Shown here: one piece after another, positions 49,379-59,124 of the stretch
How positions within the stretch are numbered: the stretch's first letter is position 1
Layout of the letters: every line of letters starts with the position of its first letter
DNA from: Chloroflexota bacterium
GTDB taxonomy: Bacteria > Chloroflexota > Dehalococcoidia > Lucifugimonadales > JADFKI01
Direction: 5' to 3'
Length of the DNA stretch: 64,000 nt
Assembly (NCBI GenBank): GCA_027623195.1
Contig: JAQBUT010000004.1
Span: 32,001-96,000, forward strand
Notes under the pieces: model-generated
Told to the model about the DNA's origin: nothing
Database searches by the model: none
Seen by the model: the letters and a program-made list of their open reading frames with translations, nothing else
Made by a program: the position numbers and the translations under genes

Positions 49379-50374
49379 GTGGACTTCCAACGTAGCCGAA
49401 CACTCAGAAGCGTCATCGTGCTGGCCGCTCTGATCGCCATAGGCATCGCGGGATACATGACCATCGAAGGTTGGTCCTTCCTGGATGCCGCATACATGAC
49501 GGCTCTCACGTTCACTACCGTTGGCTTTGCGGAAGTGCACCCACTCTCAAGCGGCGGTAAAGCCTTCTCGATCTTCCTTATGATAGCGGGAGTCGGCGCG
49601 ACGCTGTACTTCCTCTCGATCTCCATGCAGCGGATCATTGAGGAAGGCATTTTCAGAGGCTTCGTTCGGAGGAGAAGAATGGAGACGCGATTGGCAGGGG
49701 AACGCAATCACTTTATACTATGCGGCTTTGGCAGGGTTGGTAGAGAGGTCGCACTGGCTTTTCAACAAGAGGGCGCCCATTTCATAATCGTAGAAAAGGA
49801 TCTCGAAGCGATTTCCGACGCCGACAATATGGGATTTGCTTACGTTCTAGGCGACGCTTCTGACGACGAAGTGTTAAGGGCGGCGGGTATAGAAAGAGCG
49901 CGAGGCCTTGTTGCAGCCACGGGCAACGACAGCGATAACGTTTTCATAACACTTTCCGCCAGAGGCATCCGACCAGAACTCTTCATAGTCGCAAGGACAA
50001 CCTACCAGGACAACGAGGGTAAGCTCATACGAGCAGGCGCGAACAGCGTCGTATCCCCTCATACCATTGGCGGACGCCGCATGGCGCTTTCTGCGGTCCG
50101 GCCTATGGCCGTGGACTTCTTCGATTCGTTGCTGGACGGTCGAGGTAAACGTGACCTTAGGTTCACGGAAATAACCGTCGGCGACGGGTCGGTTCTTCTA
50201 GGCAGCAGTATCTTGCAGTGCAAGGAGAGCCAGGGAATTGACGTGCTGGCTCTGGCACGCGGTGAAAATGAAATGATGGTCAATCCCATAGGTGATCTGC
50301 AAATAGAGGAAAACGACAGGCTTTTCATCGTGGGACCGGATACCAGGCTTGCAGATTTGGAAGGTAAGGCCTAG
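49379..50374 (+). CDS. two-TM potassium channel with RCK (TrkA-N/TrkA-C) domains
   Basis: GWSFLDA.Y, pore TTVGFAEV, HFILCGFGRVG, GDASDDEVL..AGIERA. Confidence 0.9.
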   Translation: MDFQRSRTLRSVIVLAALIAIGIAGYMTIEGWSFLDAAYMTALTFTTVGFAEVHPLSSGGKAFSIFLMIAGVGATLYFLSISMQRIIEEGIFRGFVRRRRMETRLAGERNHFILCGFGRVGREVALAFQQEGAHFIIVEKDLEAISDADNMGFAYVLGDASDDEVLRAAGIERARGLVAATGNDSDNVFITLSARGIRPELFIVARTTYQDNEGKLIRAGANSVVSPHTIGGRRMALSAVRPMAVDFFDSLLDGRGKRDLRFTEITVGDGSVLLGSSILQCKESQGIDVLALARGENEMMVNPIGDLQIEENDRLFIVGPDTRLADLEGKA

Positions 50375-50377
50375 CCG

Positions 50378-51097
50378 ATGCCCGACAAGTCGAGGTCACT
50401 ACTATGCATATTCGCCCACCCCGACGATGAGTCGTTCGGGCCAGGCGGCACGCTGGCCAAGTACGCCGCATCCGGCACCAGGATTACCGTTATCTCAGCA
50501 ACCCGAGGTGAGGGTAGCACGTTAGGCCGGGAGACCCACCAGGCCAACCTGGGCGATGTCCGGGAGGCGGAAATGCGTTGCGCATCCGAAGCGTTGGGCC
50601 TGGCGGAATCACGCGTTCTGCATTACCCATACACGGGCCTAAATGACGTGGACGATGGAGAGCTATGTAACCTCGTCACGAATGCCATCGCCGAATTAAA
50701 ACCCGACGTTGTGATGGCTTTCGGGCCTGGAGGCATCACCGGCAACCCTGACCACGTAGCTATAACCAGGGCTGCCACTTCGGCAATCCAACGTATGCCT
50801 CAACAACTGCGTCCCAGCCTTTTCTACTGGGCAATCCCGGAGGCCATAGCCAGCCGCCTGCGAGAGCTATCCGACATACCATTCGTCGGCGTGCCGAAGC
50901 AGGACATCAACACAGTCATCGACACATCTGATTTTCTTGAAACCCAGTTGAATGCCATACGCTGCCACAAAAGCCAGAGTGATCCAATGCCGCCTGTTCT
51001 TACCGAAAGGCTCAAGATGCATGCGGGTGATGAGTATTTCGTAAGGGTGGGTCCTGGTGCTGATAGTGAGAATATATCAAATGACATATTCAGCTAA
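50378..51097 (+). CDS. PIG-L/LmbE-family deacetylase
   Basis: FAHPDDESFG.GG, ATRGE, REAE, G.TGNPDH, CHKSQ. Confidence 0.9.
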   Translation: MPDKSRSLLCIFAHPDDESFGPGGTLAKYAASGTRITVISATRGEGSTLGRETHQANLGDVREAEMRCASEALGLAESRVLHYPYTGLNDVDDGELCNLVTNAIAELKPDVVMAFGPGGITGNPDHVAITRAATSAIQRMPQQLRPSLFYWAIPEAIASRLRELSDIPFVGVPKQDINTVIDTSDFLETQLNAIRCHKSQSDPMPPVLTERLKMHAGDEYFVRVGPGADSENISNDIFS

Positions 51098-51121
51098 TGG
51101 GCCTAATCGTCGTACGCAAAA

Positions 51122-51153
51122 AGACGAGGCAGTCGAATCCGACTGCCTCGTCT
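51122..51153. terminator. bidirectional terminator between the PIG-L gene and the act operon
   Basis: agacgaggcagtcg-aatc-cgactgcctcgtct perfect 14-bp stem. Confidence 0.8.
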
Positions 51154-51181
51154 CATTTAATTACTTTGTCGCAGCTTAAGC

Positions 51182-51868
51182 CTACTGACCTATTCTAGAC
51201 CGTAGGAACTGCACCAGTGCCCAGCGGTCCTCTTCGCTTAACAGCTTGCGGTACTCCGGCATAGGCGAGGTGGAATCTCGTCCGCGAAGACGTACTGCCA
51301 ACCCCTGCCTGCCACCGCCTGATATGAAGCCGAACAACTCTCCGTCCGTAGAGTTTTTCGTTGCGTCTGACCTCAGGTCGGCAGGGTATGGCCCCCTGTC
51401 ATAAGCGAGGTTGCCGTCCGATCCTACCAGGGTAGTTATTGGCCCTTTGCCATCAAGCAATCCACCATGGCACACCAGACAGTTCACCTGATACGTCCGC
51501 CATGCAGATGCATCATCGTAGTTCCCTGAAAACTCTTGCGGAATCTCAAGCGCCTTGAAGGCATCCATACTAACCGGCAGTATTTCCGCGCCGGATATCG
51601 GCACCGATCCTTCTGGGGGCAACAGCCTAGGCCCCTCTTGAACACGATAGGACGGTTGGAAGTGCATTTCCGTCCACATCTCAACGGAATGCGAGCCAGT
51701 CTCTGGGAACGCCGGCATCGTGAAATTAATGGCTCCACCTACGTTTACCGCACCTGTGCCAGTGTTATAGCAGGCCGTGGCAAGCAAGGTCGCCAAAAGA
51801 AGCGCTCCCAACACTGCGGTTTTACGGTTCCGCAGGCCAATCATCTTCCAGCCAAGTGAGAAAGTCAT
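51182..51868 (-). CDS. actE: alternative complex III monoheme cytochrome c lipoprotein (ActE-like)
   Basis: Lipobox LATA-C, MHFQPSY..QE...PPEGSVP, CLVCH, MP.Y...LSEEDRWALV. Confidence 0.8.
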   Translation of the reverse strand: MTFSLGWKMIGLRNRKTAVLGALLLATLLATACYNTGTGAVNVGGAINFTMPAFPETGSHSVEMWTEMHFQPSYRVQEGPRLLPPEGSVPISGAEILPVSMDAFKALEIPQEFSGNYDDASAWRTYQVNCLVCHGGLLDGKGPITTLVGSDGNLAYDRGPYPADLRSDATKNSTDGELFGFISGGGRQGLAVRLRGRDSTSPMPEYRKLLSEEDRWALVQFLRSRIGQ

Positions 51869-51872
51869 CTAA

Positions 51873-52397
51873 CTACTTGCTCTCCCAGCCTCTTGTGATA
51901 TCTCCAGCCCCCGACTGCTTTAAGACCTCTTCCGCCCGAGGAATCCTGTCCTCTTCCGTCGTCACGGTAACACCGATGTAACCTTCGGTGATGCGCTTGT
52001 CATAGGCGCCCATGAACAATCGGGGAAGCCTGGATTCCAGGAGTATACCAATGATCGTAAATATGATGGCGCCCAACATGGTGCCCTCATACATGATGAT
52101 TGCCATGGGAGGGATGGATAGAATTGGCTTGCCGCCAGTGACCAGAGGGAATGCCAACTGCGAACCTGCCGTCAAGACGAGGCCGATGATGAATCCGCAC
52201 GCGGCCCCGGTAAGCGGCCATCGGAACAACTTGTGTTTGGGTTCCGCCTCTCCAAAAGTCCCTTCTGGATAAGGCGTTCCCGTTAGTACCTCGTATTCGG
52301 TGGTCGTGTATCCGGCAGAGGCCAAGGCTTCCAAGGCGTCTCCGGCCTCATCCACCTGCTCCTCCGTAAACAGTCCCAATACACTTCTTTTCGCCAT
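51873..52397 (-). CDS. actD: alternative complex III membrane subunit (DUF3341, ActD-like)
   Basis: TPYP, two TM helices around PLVTGGKP..SIP...YE.TML, LPR....YD.R. Confidence 0.85.
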   Translation of the reverse strand: MAKRSVLGLFTEEQVDEAGDALEALASAGYTTTEYEVLTGTPYPEGTFGEAEPKHKLFRWPLTGAACGFIIGLVLTAGSQLAFPLVTGGKPILSIPPMAIIMYEGTMLGAIIFTIIGILLESRLPRLFMGAYDKRITEGYIGVTVTTEEDRIPRAEEVLKQSGAGDITRGWESK

Positions 52398-52445
52398 AAT
52401 TGAGCCCCGTCCTAATAATTGGTTCTTAATCGTTTAATCGAAGGT

Positions 52446-53825
52446 TTACGGCGTTTCCCGTATGCTTGCTGGCACGATACGACGGCCAATCTTAATTTCC
52501 TCACGGACCTGCATTCCCTCTTTCATGTCGAAGATAGGAATAATAGGGAAGAACTTCGAGAAGAGAAGCATTCCCAATGCAACGAACGCAAAGGTCTCAG
52601 CAACGACCAGTATTTCAACAATACTGGGGTGATAACTACCCCAATCGAACTGCAAAGGCTGCCTTCGGGCTAGCCCTGGAATAATAATCAGGAAGCGTTC
52701 AAGCCACATGCCGATGTTGACAAGTATCGTAGAGAGGAACATCAGCCCAGGGCTACGTCTAACGCTTTTGAAAAGCCACATCGGCACAGGAATGAAGAAC
52801 GACGTAAGCAAGAACGCTAAGAAAAGCCACATATATGGCGCCTGGAAGACCTGCAATTCCCTTAGGGCCAATTCAGGCGACTCCAACGTGTACAGCGCGA
52901 ATATCCACTCCACGAAGAAGAAGAAGAACCAGGTAGTGGCGACAACGATAAGAAGCCTACCGATAGCGTCGAAATGGTCTGGGCGGAGATAGTTGTCCAG
53001 CTTCCACATCCACATGGCCAGAGCCATAATCATGGCAACCGCAGACACTCCAGAGTGAATGGCTCCAATGATGAAGTATGGCGCAAAGATCGTCGAGTGC
53101 CAGCCTTCTACTCCAATGGCCACGGCGAAGTCCCAAGAGACTATGCTGTGAACAGAAACGAACACCGGCAGGACCAACGCTGAAAGCAAAATACCGGCGA
53201 TTGCCTGTAGCTTCCATTGCCTTGGCGTACCGCGCCAACCCAGGCAAAGCATGCCGTATATCTTCGGCGCAAACTTGCCCGTTGCCCTGTCCCGGACGAC
53301 TGCGATGTCCGGTATAAGGGCGACATAAACGAATAGAGTACTACCGATCAGGTAGGTCATCACGGCGCTGGGGTCCCAGACAAAGGGAGAGCGAATGTTC
53401 ATGAAAAGGCCGCGAGAGAAGTCGTAAGGGTAAACCCAGAACAGCCTCCACGGCCTGCCAACGTGGAACATGATGTTGGACAGCGCTGCCATCAGCGAGA
53501 ATATCGTCATAACTTCAGCTACGCGCGTAACTGGCCTACGCCACTCAGCCTGAGTGAGGCGCAGAATAGCGGAAATCATAATACCGGCGTGGCTAATACC
53601 AATCCAGAAGACGAAATTGGTGATGTAGAATCCCCACAAAACCGGCCTGTTAAGGCCAGTAACGCCGAGACCCTTATTTATCTCATAGCCATAAGCGCCA
53701 ATTCCTGTGGCAATAACAAGCAACAGGAATCCGACTGCCCCGAGCCACCACTTGGGCATACCTAATACGCCGGCCAGGAGATCGTCGTTTATCTTTTTCT
53801 GACTAAGTTGGACGTGTTCCTGCAT
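52446..53825 (-). CDS. actC: alternative complex III NrfD-family quinol-site subunit (ActC)
   Basis: WGFYITNFVFWIGISHAG, HVGRPW, SPFVWD, SVHSIVSWDFA, GWHSTIFAPYF.IGAI.SG, GMWLERF. Confidence 0.9.
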   Translation of the reverse strand: MQEHVQLSQKKINDDLLAGVLGMPKWWLGAVGFLLLVIATGIGAYGYEINKGLGVTGLNRPVLWGFYITNFVFWIGISHAGIMISAILRLTQAEWRRPVTRVAEVMTIFSLMAALSNIMFHVGRPWRLFWVYPYDFSRGLFMNIRSPFVWDPSAVMTYLIGSTLFVYVALIPDIAVVRDRATGKFAPKIYGMLCLGWRGTPRQWKLQAIAGILLSALVLPVFVSVHSIVSWDFAVAIGVEGWHSTIFAPYFIIGAIHSGVSAVAMIMALAMWMWKLDNYLRPDHFDAIGRLLIVVATTWFFFFFVEWIFALYTLESPELALRELQVFQAPYMWLFLAFLLTSFFIPVPMWLFKSVRRSPGLMFLSTILVNIGMWLERFLIIIPGLARRQPLQFDWGSYHPSIVEILVVAETFAFVALGMLLFSKFFPIIPIFDMKEGMQVREEIKIGRRIVPASIRETP

Positions 53826-53858
53826 TTAGCAGCTACTCCACCCTCGGCATGTTTTGAA

Positions 53859-55307
53859 TTATCTAGGTTTGCCCAGCACGAGGACTTCAGTTCGATGATA
53901 TGCCTTGTGCAATTTGTAAAGCATTAACTCTTTTTGTTCCCATATGCTTACGGGTGGAATCAACCTGGCGGCGAGCAAATAGAACAGCACTGCGCCCCCA
54001 ATTACTCCGAGCACGATCAATACATCCGGGACACCGGGCATATTAGCCGCGGGTATCGAATCAAAAGGTATCTCGTGCTTGTCCACCCTGTAATCACCAA
54101 CGCCCGGGTAAGACCAGGCCGCCACGTATAGACGAAGCCTGTCGAAGAAGGTCCCGGCGAGAACGGCGACCGACATAATAGTAGGACCCCAGAAGCTCTT
54201 TCGAACGCGGTTCCACATCATCACCAGAAGCGGTGTCACAAAGCTTAGTATGAAACCCGCCATGAACGCAGGCTGATAAGACCCAACCATGAGATATTTA
54301 AGAACGGCCTGCTCACTAGGCTTCTTTCCGTACCAGAAGACATTAAAGCTAGAGAACCAGAACCAGAACCACAACAAGGACAAAGCAAAGAGCAGCTTGC
54401 TCATCGCCCAGAACTGGTCCAATGTAAAGTAGTCCTCGTACCCTCCGAATTTTCGAAGGAAGAACATGGTCAAAATTACAGTTGCGACGCCTGCCTGCAA
54501 TGAGTTAGCAGCGTGAGTCAGCGGATAAAGCGAGTCTATCCAGCCTGGCACCAGCGTCATCAGAAAGTCCGTGCTCACCAAGTAGTGCACAAACACCAGC
54601 ATCATGAAATATAACGCGCCAACAATGCCCATGCGATGGTGAAGCATATTCCATTGTTCCGTGGTCCCAATCCATCGTCCGGAAAGACGAGCGGACCATT
54701 TCTGCTTCCACCCGGTACTATGCTCACGCATCAGGGCAAGATCCGGCATTGCTGATAGCCAAAGCAGCATAATGCCAAGCGCTGCTAACGACAGTAGAGC
54801 TGCCGTAGTCCATATATGCGGGGAATACACCGGCACCTTGCTAAAGAACGGGTCGTCGGAGTTATAAAACCAAAGGCTACGGCGTCCGTCGGTTAGCGGC
54901 GGCAATATCCACAGCATGGGAATAAACAGCAAAAGACTGAAAATACCAGCAGCCGACCAGAGTTCAGCTACACGGGAGACTGGCCTACGCCAATGTGCGT
55001 TTGCCAACCTGGGCGCAATCGCGACCATCGGCGCGGCTGACGCGGTTGTGAGAATGAAGCTAAACATCATGGCGTAGTAGGCCCACACCATCCTGTCACT
55101 CACGCCGTCATTTACCCTCATCACAAAGCCGATGACGCCAAGCACTAGCAGAAACCCAGCAGCAGCTACACCGCTCAACCACTTGTCGCTGATCTTGTCA
55201 TGTTTGGTTACGAGGTCGTTCACCACCTCCCTTTGGGAAGTGAACGGCACATACATACCTTCTGCATGATGCTCTTCGTTATGACCGCTGGCGTTGTGAC
55301 TAGCCAT
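53859..55307 (-). CDS. second NrfD-like membrane subunit (ActF-like)
   Basis: About 10 TM helices, AHWRRPVSRVAE, divergent paralogue of ActC; His-rich N-terminus. Confidence 0.7.
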   Translation of the reverse strand: MASHNASGHNEEHHAEGMYVPFTSQREVVNDLVTKHDKISDKWLSGVAAAGFLLVLGVIGFVMRVNDGVSDRMVWAYYAMMFSFILTTASAAPMVAIAPRLANAHWRRPVSRVAELWSAAGIFSLLLFIPMLWILPPLTDGRRSLWFYNSDDPFFSKVPVYSPHIWTTAALLSLAALGIMLLWLSAMPDLALMREHSTGWKQKWSARLSGRWIGTTEQWNMLHHRMGIVGALYFMMLVFVHYLVSTDFLMTLVPGWIDSLYPLTHAANSLQAGVATVILTMFFLRKFGGYEDYFTLDQFWAMSKLLFALSLLWFWFWFSSFNVFWYGKKPSEQAVLKYLMVGSYQPAFMAGFILSFVTPLLVMMWNRVRKSFWGPTIMSVAVLAGTFFDRLRLYVAAWSYPGVGDYRVDKHEIPFDSIPAANMPGVPDVLIVLGVIGGAVLFYLLAARLIPPVSIWEQKELMLYKLHKAYHRTEVLVLGKPR

Positions 55308-56058
55308 GAACCTCATGTTCCTCGGCCGTCTTGTCGACCTTCTTTAGGTATACAACATTAGGATGTGTGCCCAAATGCTCAAGCATATGGTAGCCTCTGC
55401 CGCCAGGACGCGATCCGGCAGGCTGCTTGAGCTCCTCTTTGGACTGTTTTGAAATCGCGCTATCTGAGTCATCAAGGTTACCGAACGTTAGCGCATGGGT
55501 CGGGCAAGCGTTCACGCAAGCCGGACTCATACCCCTATCGCCGTCTTCGACCTCTTGGCCATCCTTGGCGGCCTCTCGAGTCGAGCGACGAATTCGCTGA
55601 ATACAGAAGGTGCACTTTTCCATGATGCCCCTGCTTCGCACGGTGACATCCGGGTTTAGCTGATTTTTAAGGCTCTCAGGCCACTCAGGCTCCCAGAAAT
55701 TGAAGAACCTTGCCTGATATGGGCAGTTGTTGGCGCAGAACCTGGTGCCAATGCAGCGGTTGTAGACCTGAACATTCAGGCCTTCGCTGTTGTGATACGT
55801 CGCGTATACAGGGCATACGGGCTCACATGGAGCGTCATCGCACTGTTGACAGAACACAGGAACAAAGCGAGCCCTAACATTGGGGAACTCCCCTTCCCAG
55901 TAGCGTTCTATTCGAATCCATTCGATAGCACGTCGCTGGTTGAAGTGGCCTTCCTCGTTAATGGGGATATTGTTTTCGGACTGGCATGCAACAACGCACG
56001 CCTGACAGCCGATACACTTGTCGATATCGACGATCATTCCCCATTTATTCTCTGCCAT
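55300..56058 (-). CDS. 4Fe-4S dicluster subunit (ActB2/NrfC-like)
   Basis: CIGCQACVVAC, CQQCDDAPCEPVCP, YNRCIGTRFCANNCPY, VR.RGIMEKCTFC, PACVNACP. Confidence 0.92.
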   Translation of the reverse strand: MAENKWGMIVDIDKCIGCQACVVACQSENNIPINEEGHFNQRRAIEWIRIERYWEGEFPNVRARFVPVFCQQCDDAPCEPVCPVYATYHNSEGLNVQVYNRCIGTRFCANNCPYQARFFNFWEPEWPESLKNQLNPDVTVRSRGIMEKCTFCIQRIRRSTREAAKDGQEVEDGDRGMSPACVNACPTHALTFGNLDDSDSAISKQSKEELKQPAGSRPGGRGYHMLEHLGTHPNVVYLKKVDKTAEEHEVHG

Positions 56059-56120
56059 ACCCAGTTCCTCCGGTAACCCTTCTTCACGCCCGGGCCCCTA
56101 CGGTCTACTTGTCACCCGCT

Positions 56121-58370
56121 TTAGCTGTCCAGCGGAGTTATCTCGATAATAAGTCGCTCATCGTCCCGTGGTGGCTCTGTAACGGTGTTCTCGAGCTTGG
56201 GAACCCGTTTCCACTCACCGGTTTTAACGATGTCCACCTTTGTCGCAGCCCAAGCGAGCGCGCCAGTTGTTGAATCCGAACTAGCGTCCAATATGGAGTA
56301 AACGTTCGAGCCACGATCCTTCGCGTACCTGCCGCCTGCGATATGACCTTGCCCAACCGGCACAGCCACAACGTTCGGCGAAACTCCGGGATGCGGGTAA
56401 GCCAGCGCTTCGATACTCCCGGCGTCCGACGTTATTCTGACGACGTCGCCCTCGCTAATGCCGAGTTCCTCGGCAGTGTGCATGTTAATCTCAACCCACG
56501 TTTGCCAGGTGGCAGACGTAATAGGGTCAGGCGTAGCCTGCATCCAAGGCAGCGCCGCGCCTCTGCCATCGCCAATCCCCGTTGTGGCAAAAGGCATCAG
56601 GTAAAAATCTCTGTTACTGAAACTGGCCTGCGGGACTTCCACTAGGGGTGAAGCAGCAAACACATGAGTTTCCTTTTTCGAATCGTCCCACCAACCGCCC
56701 CGCTGTAGCAACCCGTTCCAGAAACCCTCGAACGTAACGGCCTTGACGGAGCCTCTGTTCTCCTCGAACAACTGACGAGCACCGTCTTTCAGTACGTCCT
56801 GGAATGTATCACCAGGCAATTCCAGGTCCATTTCCAGACCCAGGGCAACTGCCATCAGTGTATCCCCAAAATTCCTGGTTCCCAGGTGCTCGCCTCTGTG
56901 CTCAAAGAAAGGCCTGACGACCGGCTGCTGAAACCCTACAGTCTGGTAGCCGGGACCAGCATCCGGAATGTCGCTGCCCCAATCTTCCAGAGAGTTGTGT
57001 TGAGGAAGCACGAGGTCAGACATCGCCGTTGTGTCGTCTATGAATCCCGAGAAGCTGACAATCAGCGGCACATTGAATGAAGCACCTTTAAAACCGGTTG
57101 CTTGCGGCAGGCCGTGGAACAGGTCCGCATCACGGACCATGAGTACCTGCACCCCACCGTTGCGCATCTCTTCTGCAAGCCGGTGCCAGTCAGCGAAGGA
57201 GTCCACGCCGGCAGTTACCGGCACGTCCTTAAACGGAGACGTCGGATTTAATATCACCCCGCCCGGCTTATTCACGCTGCCCACAAGTTGGTTCAGCGAG
57301 TAAATGGCAACCAGGTTGGCGAAACCGTTGGTGTGCGCGCCGGCGGAACCTCCGCCAATGGCCACCGACGGACCGTGGCTGGCGAACTGAACCGCCACCT
57401 CGTGAATCCTCTCAGCGGATACGCCAGTCGCACCAGCGACATTGTCTGGAGCAAATGCTCCCAGATTAAATCTTCCGTTGTTGGTTAGCGCCTGCGCGGC
57501 GGCAGCGTCACCCAGACCCTCGTCAATGATGACCTGAGCGATACTTAAAGCCAGCAGACCCTCAGTACCAGGATTAACAAAAACCCACTTGTCGGCGTTG
57601 GCCGCCGTCATAGAAAAGCGCGAATCGACGTGAATGAAATCGCCACGCTCGCGGTCGCCCTGCCGAAACTCGCCGTATCCCCTGGCGTGCCGAACCGGCG
57701 AACCCCAGGTGTTTAGGAAATCGGCCCCGAAGGACAGGACTACATTGGAATTTTCAATATCGAAGTCAGGCATCGTATCCTGACCAAACACATGCTTGAT
57801 GGCGCGACGTACGGTGGTGCGTTCCATAGGCTCGTAACCCATGTGTCGTCCGCCGTATTTGGATACGAACCGCTCAACGACTCCACCAAGGTGGCCACCC
57901 ACCGGGTCTGTTGCCATAACAACCGACGACTGATTACCGTCGTTTTGAATATTCTGGAGTTGCTCGGTCAGACGCCCCAGGGCATCCTCCCAGCTAATCT
58001 CTCGGAACTGCCCAGACCCGCGCTCGCCAACCCGAACCATGGGCCCGCGAATCCTGTCCGGGTGGTAGAGAGCTTGAAGGCCAGCCTCGCATCGGGCGCT
58101 ATGGCTACCCTGATTAATCGGGTAGTCGATGTTGCCTTCGACCTTCTTGGCGCGGCCTTCCATAACTCTAACAACGATACCCTCGCTGGTTGAGCACTGG
58201 CGGCACAAAGTGGCGTACCAGTTGTCCAGGCCGGTGACCAGGTCCTCAGGCATCTCGACAGGCGCTTGCACGAGCAATTCGTCAGCCGGCACGCCGCATG
58301 CCTGAAACACTACCGCACCTGCGGCAGAGCCACCAACATAGGTCATAAACTGTCTTCGAGTTATCGCCAT
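56121..58370 (-). CDS. molybdopterin-oxidoreductase-like subunit (ActB1/QrcB-like), Tat-exported
   Basis: TRRQF Tat motif, QA-C lipobox-like site, KVEGN..YP.NQG, LYHPDR, SFGADFLNTW, PWMQ.TPDP.T..TW..WVE. Confidence 0.88.
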   Translation of the reverse strand: MAITRRQFMTYVGGSAAGAVVFQACGVPADELLVQAPVEMPEDLVTGLDNWYATLCRQCSTSEGIVVRVMEGRAKKVEGNIDYPINQGSHSARCEAGLQALYHPDRIRGPMVRVGERGSGQFREISWEDALGRLTEQLQNIQNDGNQSSVVMATDPVGGHLGGVVERFVSKYGGRHMGYEPMERTTVRRAIKHVFGQDTMPDFDIENSNVVLSFGADFLNTWGSPVRHARGYGEFRQGDRERGDFIHVDSRFSMTAANADKWVFVNPGTEGLLALSIAQVIIDEGLGDAAAAQALTNNGRFNLGAFAPDNVAGATGVSAERIHEVAVQFASHGPSVAIGGGSAGAHTNGFANLVAIYSLNQLVGSVNKPGGVILNPTSPFKDVPVTAGVDSFADWHRLAEEMRNGGVQVLMVRDADLFHGLPQATGFKGASFNVPLIVSFSGFIDDTTAMSDLVLPQHNSLEDWGSDIPDAGPGYQTVGFQQPVVRPFFEHRGEHLGTRNFGDTLMAVALGLEMDLELPGDTFQDVLKDGARQLFEENRGSVKAVTFEGFWNGLLQRGGWWDDSKKETHVFAASPLVEVPQASFSNRDFYLMPFATTGIGDGRGAALPWMQATPDPITSATWQTWVEINMHTAEELGISEGDVVRITSDAGSIEALAYPHPGVSPNVVAVPVGQGHIAGGRYAKDRGSNVYSILDASSDSTTGALAWAATKVDIVKTGEWKRVPKLENTVTEPPRDDERLIIEITPLDS

Positions 58371-58404
58371 TCTCTAAATAAAGCCTCTAGAAATGACCCT
58401 AATC

Positions 58405-59112
58405 CTAATAATGACAGGTAGTACAGTCAGTCGGGGCACCGTTATCTCGGTGACAGTCCACGCAATCGCCCATCTTCAGGGGACGTACCTGTTCGACCGT
58501 AGCCATACTGCCCACATCGCCATGACAGACGGAGCAAACCTGCGCCTCGGCAATCTCCATGGTCTGACCCACTGATACGCTGGGGTCAATTCTCAGCGCC
58601 TCGCCCAACCTGATTTCCCCAGCCTGCTCGTTGGGATCGGTCCATTCCTCAACAACGGTTTTCACGCCTGAGAATCTTCTGATATGAGCTTCGTGAACGA
58701 AATGTACATGGTCTGGGACTCGATGCACACGCACCCAATCGATGGGTCGATCATCCGCGACCTGCTCCCGCATATTTTCAATCTGCTCCAGACCATCGCC
58801 TACAACCTGATGACAGGTCAGACATAGTCCAGCAGAGGGTATGGTGGCGGCGGCGCCCTCCGTTACATTCCTGTGACAGAAGGTGCAGTCCAACCCCAAA
58901 TCCTGAACGTGAGTTGGATGTGGGAATGCAATTGGTTGCGTGGGGCCCTGGTCGTGAGCAAATATGACTGGCATTCCTAGCCATGCAGACACAATCCAGG
59001 TGAGCCCTAATGCAATAGCAACGAAGCTACCCAGGCCCACGACACCAAGAGTGCCGAATATAGCCAGTTGTTTACTTGTAGGCTTCTTGACTTGAAAGTC
59101 GCCAGGTATCAA
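58405..59112 (-). CDS. actA: pentaheme cytochrome c subunit (ActA)
   Basis: N-terminal TM, QPIAFPH..H, five CxxCH (CTFCH, CLTCH, CSVCH, CVDCH, CTTCH), WVRVHRVPDHVHF.H. Confidence 0.9.
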   Translation of the reverse strand: MIPGDFQVKKPTSKQLAIFGTLGVVGLGSFVAIALGLTWIVSAWLGMPVIFAHDQGPTQPIAFPHPTHVQDLGLDCTFCHRNVTEGAAATIPSAGLCLTCHQVVGDGLEQIENMREQVADDRPIDWVRVHRVPDHVHFVHEAHIRRFSGVKTVVEEWTDPNEQAGEIRLGEALRIDPSVSVGQTMEIAEAQVCSVCHGDVGSMATVEQVRPLKMGDCVDCHRDNGAPTDCTTCHY

Positions 59113-59124
59113 AGTCGGTGTTCC

